A stretch of DNA of 62,785 nt, counting the filler, from Globobulimina sp. (lineage: Eukaryota), in the NCBI GenBank assembly GCA_003354225.1. It is 32 parts of 32 records of this genome, joined end to end, with 100 filler letters (N's around TTAATTAATTAA, not from the genome) between each part and the next. Parts side by side here need not be neighbours in the genome. Positions count along the whole stretch, not along the records: positions 1 to 1,867 come from PIVH01011081.1; positions 1,968 to 3,834 come from PIVH01011082.1; positions 3,935 to 5,801 come from PIVH01011083.1; positions 5,902 to 7,768 come from PIVH01011084.1; positions 7,869 to 9,735 come from PIVH01011085.1; positions 9,836 to 11,702 come from PIVH01011086.1; positions 11,803 to 13,669 come from PIVH01011087.1; 25 more parts are not named here. One strand, 5' to 3'. The position numbers and the translations under genes were made by a program. The notes under the pieces are model-generated. The model was not told where the DNA came from, did not search any database, and worked only from the letters and a program-made list of their open reading frames with translations. Below are positions 1 to 11,877 of this stretch, one piece after another (the first letter of the stretch is position 1; the number at the start of each line of letters is the position of its first letter).

Positions 1-287
1 AAATCTGTGGATTTTTCAAAAATATTATCAAACCGAAAAATTACACAATGGAAACAAAGAATTGGTAAAGATTATCGACCAAATATTGATAGCACTACAG
101 AGGAGAACTGGCAATTTTGGTTTTTTAGTGGCTCTTCAAATGTTGATATTATTATAGAAACTCCATCAAAATACATCATTTATTTCACAACAAAATTAAA
201 CTTAATACAGGTTTGCGTCACTTTACGAATTACAATGTTTGCTATGTACAGCAAACTTTCTTAAGTTTCTTTGTTAACATATATCCT

Positions 288-1608
288 TCACATCAAAGGA
301 CTGAGAGCCAGCGCAGTGTACGAACCCAATGTTATGCCCAAGATAAGGCTAAAAGTCATGATAGCTGCACAAATTTGCTGTTCATTGTGTTGAACCAGCG
401 ATGGAACTTTAATAAAACATATACAACAAAAATATCCATTGCTTAATGATAAAATAGCGGTTGCAACATATGCAATAATATCATATTTCCAATACCCAAG
501 AAATAAAACAATAAAAATTGGATACAGAATGAATCGGAACAAACATGCTTTCCATAAAGAATCTTGATTCCATTTCACTTTTCCAAACCATGAAACCAAA
601 AATTGTCGACCTGCCCAGTCACCACAATTAAATTCAGTCTATATACATACACAAATAATCACAAATAATACAGTATATGATTTAATAAACAATTAACTCA
701 ACAGTTAAAATAACAGGCATCCAATCATTACTTTGAATAACCGAATATTGAGAGTTTATGGCAACAATCAAGCCAGGAAAAGCTAACAAAGTCACATAAA
801 ACACCAAAAAAAGAGCCAATGCTATCTTCCATATTTTATTAAAAACAGTTTTATAATTAACATGTTTCTGTTTATGTTTCTGTTTTAGTTTAGGAAATGT
901 AATTGAAATCTTATTATCTGCAGAGGCCACAGCACCAATCAATGAAGCATCGTGCTGTGTTTCTGATGATGTTTGAGAGTGTAACATTGAATGAGTTTTA
1001 TTTTTCAAACAAAATTGAGTGAATATAGATTTAAATACAAATATAAATGCTATAGCACATACAACATCAAATACAGCGCCACTCGCAAAATATACAATTC
1101 CTGATTGCTGGGCTGTAATATCACCATAAATATCATACAATTTAGTAATTATTCTTATAATGCATGCTGTAATACCGCTCATTGCTTGTCCAGAAACTTG
1201 TAGTTGAATGTATGAGGAAGGTAAGAAATTACAGAATCCATTGATTGATGATTGGAGTATACCAGTTGTGATGCCAATAAATGCAGAGATACCCAAAACA
1301 ATCCAAAATGCCGCTGTTTGCCATAGATTATGCACCAATGTTGGGACCATTCCAATTGCAATGGACGATAAAATAAAAGCTAATACAATTCGAGATGTAA
1401 ATGAAAATTTATCAGCGTAACGAATCATAATTACTAAAACAATTAGTTCTATATAAAACATTATATGTGGATAGTTTGTAAATTGGGAGTTGAAATAATC
1501 AGCACATGCTATCAACAAATTGTATGCGAGTAAGGTTCCACATCCAAATAACAAACACATCCAATACACAAAGTAACAGTCATCCTTTGGAGCATTATTC
1601 GTCAGCAT
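288..1608 (-). CDS. Equilibrative nucleoside transporter (ENT/SLC29), 2 exons, intron 639..702
   Basis: Motifs LFGCGTLLAYN, GQAMSG, TLLAFPG, FNCGDWAGR, LSLSNGY. A GT..AG intron joins ORFs 682..1608 and 288..599 in frame. Confidence 0.9.
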
Positions 1609-1867
1609 TATTATTCAAAAAAGTTTTGGGATCGACGATTTGAATTTGAAACTACAAACATGTACAGATTTGGTTGGACTTTTATATAATTGAGCAAATG
1701 TATACAAAAAGTGTATACTTAAATAAATAAATCGAAAAAAAAAAACAATCTTAAAAACCACACTCTAAAAAAATAAACTTAAAAAGTAATAATATCTCAT
1801 CATATCATATCTTATTTTCTTGGTTTGATCTTAACCTTGAAACCATTTGACCGTTCCATAGCCAATA

Positions 1868-1967
1868 NNNNNNNNNNNNNNNNNNNNNNNNNNNNNNNNN
1901 NNNNNNNNNNNTTAATTAATTAANNNNNNNNNNNNNNNNNNNNNNNNNNNNNNNNNNNNNNNNNNNN
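1868..1967. other. Artificial contig spacer (N44-TTAATTAATTAA-N44); 31 such spacers occur about every 1.97 kb
   Basis: Identical 100-nt linker with stops in all six frames; the intervening contigs are all about 1,862-1,867 nt. Confidence 0.98.
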
Positions 1968-2918
1968 AGGATAGAGATTGTTGTTTTGGACGAAGCGGAT
2001 GAACTATTTGACGGTGATAAAGCCATTCATTTAAATGACATCGAGCTAATAATCTCAAAATGTAATCATCCACACATTCAACGGGCATTTTTCAGCGCGA
2101 CATTGGATGATAAAGTCATGAATTTGACGCAGAAATTCTTAAATGATCCGTATAAAATATCCATTGGCCACGGAGTGTGTGGGGCAGCCAACGTGGAGCA
2201 AGAATTGACATTTTGTGGAGATGAGCGCGGAAAATTTATTCAATTGTTGAAAATCATTGAAAACGGTATAAAACCGCCAATATTATTATTTGTGTCGGAC
2301 AATAAAAGAGTTATTGAGTTAAAAAGAGAATTGAAAAATTATCAGCCACATTTGCTGATTGATGCGTTGTATGAAAGGTTGTCCATCGTGGAAAAGAATG
2401 ACATTGTTAAGAAGTTCCGGAATGGGGACATTTGGTTTTTGATCTGCAACGATGCGCTTTCGCGCGGAATGGACTTCTTGAATGTGGAGACTGTGATAAA
2501 TTACGATTTCCCCAAATCGTCGCAGCAATATATTCACCGCATTGGTAGGACGGGGAGAGCTGATCGGTGCGGAAAAGCTATCACCTTTTGGTGCGATGTG
2601 GATTCCATATTGATATCCATGGTGGTGGATGTTATGAGGAAATCAAAGCAAACGCACAAATTACCGCAGTGGATGATAGATGCGGGGGATGACAATGTGG
2701 TGAATCGGGAGATCAATGAGAAAGAAAAGGTGATTGCTAAAGTTGGTGAGACGCAGAGAGGGCCCATCAGAAGAGGCGGCTCCTATGTTCATGGCACATC
2801 TGTGTTGAAACGGGGTAATAAAAAGACAAAGCAACAAAAAGGGAGAGCGAATTATTTCAAAAAAAAAAGAATGTCGAATAGAAGGAAGTATAAGCATAGA
2901 AAACAAGCATCGAAATGA
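1968..2918 (+). CDS. DDX52: DEAD-box RNA helicase, ROK1/DDX52-like (5'-partial)
   Basis: LDEAD, FSAT, SRGMDF and YIHRIGRTGRA motifs; VEQELTFCG and GIKPPILLFV are typical of ROK1; basic C-terminal tail. Confidence 0.8.
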   Translation, partial: RIEIVVLDEADELFDGDKAIHLNDIELIISKCNHPHIQRAFFSATLDDKVMNLTQKFLNDPYKISIGHGVCGAANVEQELTFCGDERGKFIQLLKIIENGIKPPILLFVSDNKRVIELKRELKNYQPHLLIDALYERLSIVEKNDIVKKFRNGDIWFLICNDALSRGMDFLNVETVINYDFPKSSQQYIHRIGRTGRADRCGKAITFWCDVDSILISMVVDVMRKSKQTHKLPQWMIDAGDDNVVNREINEKEKVIAKVGETQRGPIRRGGSYVHGTSVLKRGNKKTKQQKGRANYFKKKRMSNRRKYKHRKQASK

Positions 2919-3058
2919 TTGGCAACTTTTCAGTGCTAACTGTATTGTTCAATGATATTCATTCACTGCAAATCTGTTTCACTTTGAATTAAATAATAAT
3001 AAATTACTGACAAAATAAATCTTTTTTTAAACAAAACTTCCTTGCTTTTATTTAAATC

Positions 3059-3834
3059 ATGCCGGTCTTAACCAGAGCACAGAAGAAATTACAAGCAGCA
3101 ACAAAAAAATCAAGCAATAAATCGACGTTGGCTGCATTAAAAGCCAAACCATCAAAACCCAGAAGAGGCAAATGCGCCAAACCCAAATCTACAAAACGGA
3201 AACTCACCAACGGTTAAATTCATTTCATTTCTTTTTTTTTTTTGTGTAATCCAACATCATATTATTTATTAAAAACCGAAGGCAAACAATGTGAAACTCC
3301 ACCAAAGAGAACGAAAAGAAACAGAAAAGACTCTCCATCGAGCCAATTGGCAGCGAGTGTGGGCAAATTGCAATTAAGCAACGATCACAAAGAGGAGGAA
3401 GAGGAAGATTCGGATTCAGAGATAATGAGATTGCAACAAAGACTATTAACACAAGACACAAATTACAAATTAATTGGTCGGGAGAGAGAATATAATAAAA
3501 TATTATCTTTTGTCGAGGAACAGTTAGAATTAAGTGAAGGAAATAGTTTTTATATTTGTGGCAGTCCAGGAACTGGGAAAAGTGCAACCATTCAAAATAT
3601 AAATGATTATTTCATAGCCAATAAAAAGAAATATAATTTGGAAAATATAATCAAAATAAATGGAATGAGTTTGCATAATCCGAACTCGATATATTCCTTA
3701 TTATACAATAAAATCTTAAATAAGGGCAAAAATGATAAAAATATAAAGGCGATGGACGCAAAAAATAAATTAGAAAAATATTTTAGTTCATCCTCGCGAA
3801 GGTCTGGCCTTTATATTGTAATTATTGATGAAAT
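3059..3834 (+). CDS. CDC6: Cdc6/Orc1-family AAA+ replication initiator (3'-partial), intron 3213..3281
   Basis: ATG at 3059 with a phase-consistent intron; LIGREREY, Walker A YICGSPGTGKS, KINGMSL, Walker B VIIDE. Confidence 0.85.
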
Positions 3835-3934
3835 NNNNNNNNNNNNNNNNNNNNNNNNNNNNNNNNNNNNNNNNNNNNTTAATTAATTAANNNNNNNNNN
3901 NNNNNNNNNNNNNNNNNNNNNNNNNNNNNNNNNN

Positions 3935-5801
3935 TGGTCTTATTCCACTTATTGGTGAACAAACTATATTTCTCTTCATATTATGGTCAATAATATCACA
4001 TGGAATGCTTTCAAAGACTCTGCGCTTATTTTTATGCATTGTATATAATGTTTTAGTCAAATAATCCACCATTGTTTTATCATATGATTCTATCTCCGTG
4101 TTATATTGAATTTTGCCAGATTTTTCCCCGCGGCTAACAGCCGTTTTCATGACACTCCCAAAGCCATCACAAGAACATTTACCATGCTGAGGACAAGAAA
4201 ATGTCCATATCACTCTCTTTAAGTTATATTTTTGTTTAATATATCCCAAACCAACTAAAAAATGAGTCGACGAAAATTCCCCTCTGTCAGAATATCCATA
4301 CACAGTGGTAAGTGATCTGTGTAATGTATTTTTAAAAAAATGTATTTGATTTTTAATATGTTGCTCTATATAATATATAGCAGCAACAGTATCATGCTTT
4401 GGATCTTTGGAGAAATATCCATATGAACATTCCTCTGTAATTAAATTCGGTGGCAATTCCTTATGCTCTTCATTGGTATTGGTAACATATCGATCAATGA
4501 CTGAACAAATTGCTACGGACTCTCGGCTCGCCCAATCGGAATTTGTTTGAATAGAACCTTTGGGTTTTTTATTATTAATAAAATCAACAGTGGTACATAT
4601 GGCATCGAGAGGGATATTAACCTTTGCTCTGTCAATCCAATCTCTTTTGGTTCGGAATTGATAAATATATGTTAAATGGTGCTGAGCAAAGTCATTATAT
4701 TTATCACAATACATATGTTTAAAATGTGACCATTTATGTTTTTTAGGAACAAATCCTTTTTTTGTCGCGTTTTCATGTTTTTCATGTATTTTATAATTAA
4801 TTTCAACAGTTTCTGGTATCTGCAAATTTTTACAATAATCCGTTGTAGTTAAAATTGCTTTTAAATATTCAACACCACATTGCTTACCGCTACAGTCACA
4901 TTTCGATTGAACACACGCTAATTTTGGATATTTCGGGTGTGAGTCATTATGAGTACACAATTGTCGAATAAACTCTGTGTATGTCAAACTAAACAAACCA
5001 TTGATTATTGGACAGTTTACACAGTCACTGCATTCACATATATTATTTGGATATTTATCAGGATGATAGTTTACACATTGTGTAGTGCAACATTTATGAT
5101 ATTTTGGGTCATTCAATATTTTACGCATTACAGTATTCAAATATTTCCATTCTTGATGTGTGGAACAATTACTGAAATCTTTCTCATCCACTGGATAAAT
5201 ATAAATTGGTCGAACATTTAAAAACCACTCATAACTTGGAATAGGTTTATTATTAGCAATACACAATGCCCTAACTTTGTCACACCATTCTACCCATATA
5301 TTTTTAAAGCTATCATAGCAAATATGTTTAGGATGTTTAAATTTATTATTTTGAGCATCTTTCAATGTTCTGGTTTGTGATGAACTTGGATTAGGATGTG
5401 TGCTTTCAATCCAGAAATTTATAGCATGTTTAAATATTTCTAATGGATAGAATATTCGACTATAATTATGCAGTTCATATAGCAATCGATCATCATCTCT
5501 CAAAAATGTTTGTTTTATATTTTTTATTTTTTCAATCAATCGACGTGGCGCCAAATTATTAATTAATTTGGAATTTATCATTTTATTATCATCACTTATT
5601 TTACATATTGCAGCCAATAAAATCATTTTTTGTGTTTGATGAACTCCGGATTTTAATGGTTTTAATTTATTTAATACATTTACAAGTTCTTCAAATGCAA
5701 TAATTTGTTGTTCATTTGAATAATTATCATCAATTCGATGGATTGCAATATCAAACGCTTTTGAAAGTTGAATATTTTGGACATTCGGAATATATGATGG
5801 A
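3935..5801 (-). mobile_element. Intronless eukaryotic DD(D/E) RNase-H-fold transposase with Cys/His-rich region (Sola-like or unclassified); frame open across the whole contig
   Basis: Putative triad motifs TVDFINN, YSDRG and QHGKCSCDGFG; upstream WFLNVRP..C..H and Cys clusters; frame stays open beyond the annotated ATG to both contig ends. Confidence 0.7.
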
Positions 5802-5921
5802 NNNNNNNNNNNNNNNNNNNNNNNNNNNNNNNNNNNNNNNNNNNNTTAATTAATTAANNNNNNNNNNNNNNNNNNNNNNNNNNNNNNNNNNNNNNNNNNN
5901 NGCAAAAACTACAAAATTCAA

Positions 5922-7613
5922 ATGTTCCCACGTACGCGATATTGTTTGCTGATTGTCCTGCTTTATATGTCATTGTTGTTGCTTATTTTACATAATTACA
6001 GTTCATATATATCAGCCACAAAGGAATCGAACAAGATACATATTAATGAATTAGTCACAAACCATCACCAAGCCACACCAAAACAATATAAATTATTTAA
6101 TTTATCCTTATTTTCATTACCATTTTATTTTACATGTTTATCGTTTCCAAAACAATGTAAAACGTATTCTATTAATATAGCAATTGGCAATGATTTGGAT
6201 TTAATATTGTTAGAAATTAATAATTCAATATTTATGAAAAAGGAATATTTGTCACCTTTATTTCTCTTATCATTAAGAAGGGAATTTATAGCCTACAGTT
6301 TGTTAAATAATGTGGAGAATAAAACTGTCACTTTGATGTTTAATGTATTCCAATCGATCCATTTTAGTGATTTCCATTTTAATTTTACTAATTTTAACAA
6401 TGAGAATCATGATCAATACATTTTATTCCATCATCATATTTCAAAATGTGCGGGAACCTCCATTCTGCGCACAAGTGATGCATTGGCAAAAAAGCTCAAC
6501 ATTCCAAATTCAACAATAAAAAATAATTTGCAAGCTGGAGCTCATATGTTTGACATCAGCGAAGTACAAAACTATAATAAGCACAAATATTATGGCTACG
6601 AATCATGCAATCATTTATATCAAGCGTTGATAGGCCAAAAAATATATAAATATGCAGTGGAAATCCCATTAAATAAATATAATCTATGCACGCAAATGTA
6701 CAATGCCATCGTTCTCCGAAATCCAATAAAGCAGTTTTTATCTTTATTGGCGCATAAAATCAATCAGAATTCATTAAAAATACTCTGTAAATACCAAAAA
6801 TATGAAAAACATTTTCCAGGCGATATCAACTTTAAATTTAAGAATAATTCGAATTCATATAATTATAATCGCTGCAGATATAATATCAGTAAAATAAAAG
6901 GAATCATTCAATCTGTATTAATTGATAAGTATTATGAGCCTGAAAACAAGTTTTATGGCAATAACACGATTGGATATGCTACTTTTTTTGGTAAAAATAA
7001 AGAGTTTGGAATCTATTATGAATCAAATTTTATAAAACAATATATTAAACATAAAATATATGCAAATATGACGTTTGGTAGTTTTATGCTGCGACGTAAG
7101 ATATATTTGAATGCAACACAGCTAAATGGATGGATGAGTAATACGTTTACGCGGCATTTAGGATATAATACATTTGAATACGTTGAACATGGCGTCGGTG
7201 ACATGTCTGATGTTGAGTCAATGTATGTAGATCCGAAATATATTACAAATAATCATTTGGTTGAATCAAAAAGAAATTTGCTAAAATATGACTATGTGTT
7301 AACAATGGATAGCAAAATGAATGGAACACTCTTTGATTTTTTTATAAGAGAAATGAACAGAATTTTTTTGCAAACACCGCCTTCAAAAAAGAATTATGAT
7401 ACAAAGTTAGTGGTAAAGCAGTTACTTCATAGTAATGCGCAGCATGGAGTGACGAAAGATGATTTGTGGAATTTATTTCAGCAAAACAAAGAACTCGATG
7501 TATTATTTAAATATAATACTTTGGATTTGGAATTACTGCAATTTGCAAAAGGTATTGGTTTTATAGATCGCATGTTTTATGATATCGTGAATCAGTCAAC
7601 CACCATTTTTTAA
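5922..7613 (+). CDS. Type II membrane (Golgi-type) sulfotransferase-like protein
   Basis: N-terminal TM anchor; 5'-PSB-like FHHHISKCAGTS, 3'-PB-like LRNPIKQFLS, C-terminal YNTLDLELLQFAK. Confidence 0.7.
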   Translation: MFPRTRYCLLIVLLYMSLLLLILHNYSSYISATKESNKIHINELVTNHHQATPKQYKLFNLSLFSLPFYFTCLSFPKQCKTYSINIAIGNDLDLILLEINNSIFMKKEYLSPLFLLSLRREFIAYSLLNNVENKTVTLMFNVFQSIHFSDFHFNFTNFNNENHDQYILFHHHISKCAGTSILRTSDALAKKLNIPNSTIKNNLQAGAHMFDISEVQNYNKHKYYGYESCNHLYQALIGQKIYKYAVEIPLNKYNLCTQMYNAIVLRNPIKQFLSLLAHKINQNSLKILCKYQKYEKHFPGDINFKFKNNSNSYNYNRCRYNISKIKGIIQSVLIDKYYEPENKFYGNNTIGYATFFGKNKEFGIYYESNFIKQYIKHKIYANMTFGSFMLRRKIYLNATQLNGWMSNTFTRHLGYNTFEYVEHGVGDMSDVESMYVDPKYITNNHLVESKRNLLKYDYVLTMDSKMNGTLFDFFIREMNRIFLQTPPSKKNYDTKLVVKQLLHSNAQHGVTKDDLWNLFQQNKELDVLFKYNTLDLELLQFAKGIGFIDRMFYDIVNQSTTIF

Positions 7614-7650
7614 TTATATGCAATATTTTGTGTTTCGTTCCTCTGTCATA

Positions 7651-7685
7651 ACTTACTTCACTTACTTCACTTACTTCACTTACTA
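7651..7685 (+). repeat. Short tandem repeat (ACTTACTTC) x ~3.5
   Basis: Seen directly in the sequence. Confidence 0.8.
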
Positions 7686-8181
7686 ATAACACCTTGCCAA
7701 AATAAATCGGCAGCAAAATACACACAAAATCAATAAAACCTAGATAGTCACCACGGACGATCCAAGTANNNNNNNNNNNNNNNNNNNNNNNNNNNNNNNN
7801 NNNNNNNNNNNNTTAATTAATTAANNNNNNNNNNNNNNNNNNNNNNNNNNNNNNNNNNNNNNNNNNNNTTGTCGTTTGTGTGTCGTTGATGGTAATTCTC
7901 CATCACAAATTAATTCGTGGTCGAACGAAAGCAGTTCACATAAAAACAGAAGGTAATGTGGGAAAAATGTGAAGTTAGTGGAGAAAATGTGAACTTTAAA
8001 AACAATTTGGCGCATATAGGAAGACTCCACCCCAGAAACAGAAACGCTTAATTCAGTGCAATTTGCAAAGTATAAGCACTTCACATTACCACCAGGATCC
8101 TGCGAAGGATCACTTTATAATCTCACGGGGATGTTCCAGCAATCTGTGAGCCTGGAATCGGACTTACAACCCGATTGAATT

Positions 8182-9609
8182 TTGTACCACTATTCGCAAG
8201 AATTAATGCATAAAATATCGCATGACATTGGCGGGATGATATTGAAACTCTGTCAGGTTTTGGCAGTGAGAGAAGATGTGATAACGTCGCCAATTATACG
8301 CAAAGCCTTCAAAGAAGCCTCAGATAATAATCCAGCAAAAGATGAGCGTAAAGTCATCGCTGTTCTTGAAAACGAATTTGGTGCGCAAAGATTTGCCAAT
8401 TTTACGAGTCGTTACGAGATCCAATTTCCAGCATTGAAGGCCGGCTCAGTCGGACAAGTTCATGTGGTGCACTCTAGAAATAATACGCAAGCCATGGATA
8501 TGATGTTAAAGGTGACCTTTGACAAAGAAATCACAACCCAATGGAGGCAGCAATGGGAATTATTGCAAATGTTGGGCGAATCTGACGCGATTCCAATCTT
8601 CCACTCTTGCTGGGATACCATCAGCTCGATTGATGACAAATTATTTGGTGAAATCAATTTCGATCAGGAATCAATGTACACACAATTAGCGCGTCGCGCA
8701 TTGTATGCCAGTGACTCTCTATCGGTGCGGGTTGAGCAGACCATAAAAAAAGGAATGCTCGACATGGGCTTCAATTTGACAGCTTCATATTTGCCATGCC
8801 ATATTGTGCGAATTGTGGAGGAATGGAGCAGTAAACATGTGTTGATGCAGCAAAAGGCGGAAGGAAAAAACCTGAAAGATTGGCTGCAAACTGATCTGCC
8901 GAGTTTTGAACAGAAAGCAAAGGTTTTCAAATCGTTAATTGTGTGGTGGGCGTACTTGGCCTTTCAAGAACATATTGTTCATTCGGACCCACATTATGGA
9001 AATATAATGGTTGCCTGCGATGAAGCGGGCGATCCCGTACATATTACACTGATTGATTTCGGCCAAACGGATCTATTCGTAAAGGGTGCGGATAATGGCA
9101 AACATGAATGGTTTCTGACATTTAAAAAATTGATGCGGAAAATAAATGGCGTTTATGATTCGGACGAGATTGCGTTTGGTGAGAATGTTGAAAGTTTGTT
9201 GGAGAATTTGAAGGCGAAACTGATTGAAGAGGATGGTTTGTATAAATTGGCGGAGAAAACCTTTTTGGAATCAATTCATCCCCAAACTCAATTTAACAAT
9301 ATTTTCCTCGCCGATTTGGCTGCAATTATGATGGAATTGGGATTTGAGTCTGAAAGAAATACACCGAGACTTCTTGCTGGATTAGCTATGGGAGCCTTGA
9401 ATAATGATCCAAGATATGCGGGGGCCAAGAAAACGCAACAAAATGTGTTGTTAGATCCGCTAAAGACATTTCCACCAAATGCGGCCTTGATATTCCGTGC
9501 GGTGACTGGCATCGTTGGAATGTTGGACGATCAACAAACTATTCACAAAGGAAGATCTTTGACTGACAACTCGCCGCTTGTTCCCATGTTTATTCCTTTT
9601 ATGCATTGA
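8182..9609 (+). CDS. ABC1/UbiB/ADCK-family atypical kinase (5' end uncertain)
   Basis: GGMILKLCQ (KxGQ-like), AGSVGQVH, EINFDQE, HSDPHYGN, LIDFG. Confidence 0.85.
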   Translation: MYHYSQELMHKISHDIGGMILKLCQVLAVREDVITSPIIRKAFKEASDNNPAKDERKVIAVLENEFGAQRFANFTSRYEIQFPALKAGSVGQVHVVHSRNNTQAMDMMLKVTFDKEITTQWRQQWELLQMLGESDAIPIFHSCWDTISSIDDKLFGEINFDQESMYTQLARRALYASDSLSVRVEQTIKKGMLDMGFNLTASYLPCHIVRIVEEWSSKHVLMQQKAEGKNLKDWLQTDLPSFEQKAKVFKSLIVWWAYLAFQEHIVHSDPHYGNIMVACDEAGDPVHITLIDFGQTDLFVKGADNGKHEWFLTFKKLMRKINGVYDSDEIAFGENVESLLENLKAKLIEEDGLYKLAEKTFLESIHPQTQFNNIFLADLAAIMMELGFESERNTPRLLAGLAMGALNNDPRYAGAKKTQQNVLLDPLKTFPPNAALIFRAVTGIVGMLDDQQTIHKGRSLTDNSPLVPMFIPFMH

Positions 9610-9851
9610 CTTTTTCTTCGAATTCTTTTCAGAGTCAGACAACAACTGAATGGCGCTGCGTCTTCTTGATGGCAGCATGGGATTATACTTAATCCACACA
9701 GGCGTCCCTAAGAGCACTCAGATCTGGTCAGCAGCNNNNNNNNNNNNNNNNNNNNNNNNNNNNNNNNNNNNNNNNNNNNTTAATTAATTAANNNNNNNNN
9801 NNNNNNNNNNNNNNNNNNNNNNNNNNNNNNNNNNNGTTCTTATTATTATTA

Positions 9852-11580
9852 TTAATATTTGCGGAACGAGATTTTTGCATTGGCGGTGTCGGTAAACTCC
9901 CTTTGTTCAACGCTTGCCGTTGTTTTCTCTTTTTTAGTTTTTAGTGTTTTTATAGTAATTTTATATAATATAATATAAGCGGTACATACTGCTCCGGGTT
10001 GTGGTGAATGTGTATATTGATTGTGATTTGCACTGAAAGTAGTTTGTGGTGGCCGGCTGTGATTATTTTGTTGATTTGGATTTGTAAAATTGTTAAAAGG
10101 TGAGCTATGTGAATGTGATTTATTATTTTGTAGTGCTGGTTTTTCGGTTGGTGGTGGTGACTGAGACTCGATACTATTCACATTCGGATTGAATATCGAT
10201 TGACTTTGTTGCCCGCCATCTATATATATATATATTATATGCATTATATTTTCCTATACATTTTATTTAATTTAATTTCCTTATTTATTATGCTGCGAAT
10301 ATTGCGTTTTCTCTCTCGATCTCTCTCTGTCTGTCTCTCAAAGCAATAACATGCAATGCAATATAATTAACTGTTGGTATTATGGATTAGTTTGCTTTGT
10401 TGATTTATATTATTGTTTCGTAGCAATTGTTGATTTGGTGATGATTGTGGCTGTGGCTGTGGCTGTGGCAGTGGCTGCGGCTTTGTTGGTGGTAATCCTT
10501 TTGGAGAATTGTACATCATATGGCTTGCTTTATTATTATATATTTTTTTATTATTATTATATTGTGGTTGTGGTTGTTGTGGTGCTTTTGCTTTGGTATT
10601 AGTATCAAATGAGAATTGTGCTTGTGTTGGTTTTTTATGTTGATTCTCGGAATGATTACAGGTTTTACATTTGCCTTTGCTCCATTTACTGGCTGATTCA
10701 CTGTATGAGCTGCACCGACATCCAATCTGAGCACATTTACCACCAACGAGCAACATCTCACTGTTAATATTCTTATTCTTATTCTGTTGTTGTTGCGGTT
10801 GTTGCGGTTGTTGCTGTTGCTGTTGTTGTTGTTGCATTTGTGCTTGTTGTAAATAGGCTAAATTTGCAGGTGGTGGTTGAACATTAAAACCTGGCGAAAA
10901 ATGTTTATGATCAACTCGTGCCATATTATTTTCAGCCACAAGTTCATCAGATATCGAATGTTGAATTGGTGGTGGCGCAGATTCCTCTTCTTCTCCATCT
11001 CCATCTCTTTCACCTCTTTCACCTCCACCTTCGCCTTCGCCTTTTCCTTTTCCTTTTGCTTTTGCTGGCGGTGCCCCATTGGGACGATTACCCATTCTTT
11101 TTTAGAAAAAAAACAAAAAAAGAAAAAAGCAAAACGAGACCAACTTTCTGTTTAATCAAAAAACATATTTTTGCAATGGGAGACTCCAAACATTTATACG
11201 CAAATTCGCACATAAAATAAGGGCATATCATATCATATGAACCTAAAGGAGGAATATCTGAACGTGTTTCATCAGATATCGTTATCGGTGGTGGCATAGC
11301 CACATTATAGTTATTAGTGTTATTATTTGATAATTGTATTTGTGGTGAAGTCGCAGTCGGTGGTCGAGATATGTTTGCTTTATATATCTGGACCGATGTT
11401 GACGTGGATATTAATTTTTGATGTTTGTTATCATTATGTTCATTTGGTGCTAATTGTATTAATTCAGTATTGTTATTATCATTGTTATTATCATCATTAT
11501 CATCATTATCATTATTATCATTATTCTCACTTGATTTGTGATCAATGGATGATGGACTGACCGGTTCTGGTTTGTTTGAT
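9852..11580 (-). CDS. Multi-exon low-complexity Pro/Gln/Asn-rich protein with a small Cys/His motif (approximate bounds)
   Basis: ORFs 11088..11303, 10367..11095 and 9852..10244 are separated by AT-rich intron-like DNA; poly-Q and PQ repeats; motif CRC..Y....KWSKGKCKTCNH....H. Confidence 0.5.
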
Positions 11581-11877
11581 CAATATATGATGGTTTGGAT
11601 GTATGTTATACGCAGTGGCTTAACTGTCAGGTTCGCGGTATTGAGATTTTTTGAGTTTGCAATAGCAGACAAGACCACAAATACAGATAAGAAATATAAC
11701 ACNNNNNNNNNNNNNNNNNNNNNNNNNNNNNNNNNNNNNNNNNNNNTTAATTAATTAANNNNNNNNNNNNNNNNNNNNNNNNNNNNNNNNNNNNNNNNNN
11801 NNTAAGCAAATCTCTCTTAAACGAATATACACACATTTAAACGAATTTTACATAAAAATCTTCAAAAAAATTCAAGA

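Noticed and set aside
7..264. 85-aa ORF at the window start
   Set aside because: No recognisable motif; may be the 3' end of an unknown gene.
1801..1867. Minus-strand GYGTVKWF resembling a cold-shock domain
   Set aside because: A stop follows at once, and another frame (LAMERSNGFKVKIKPRK*) looks like an ordinary C-terminus, possibly of a P450. Too short to call.
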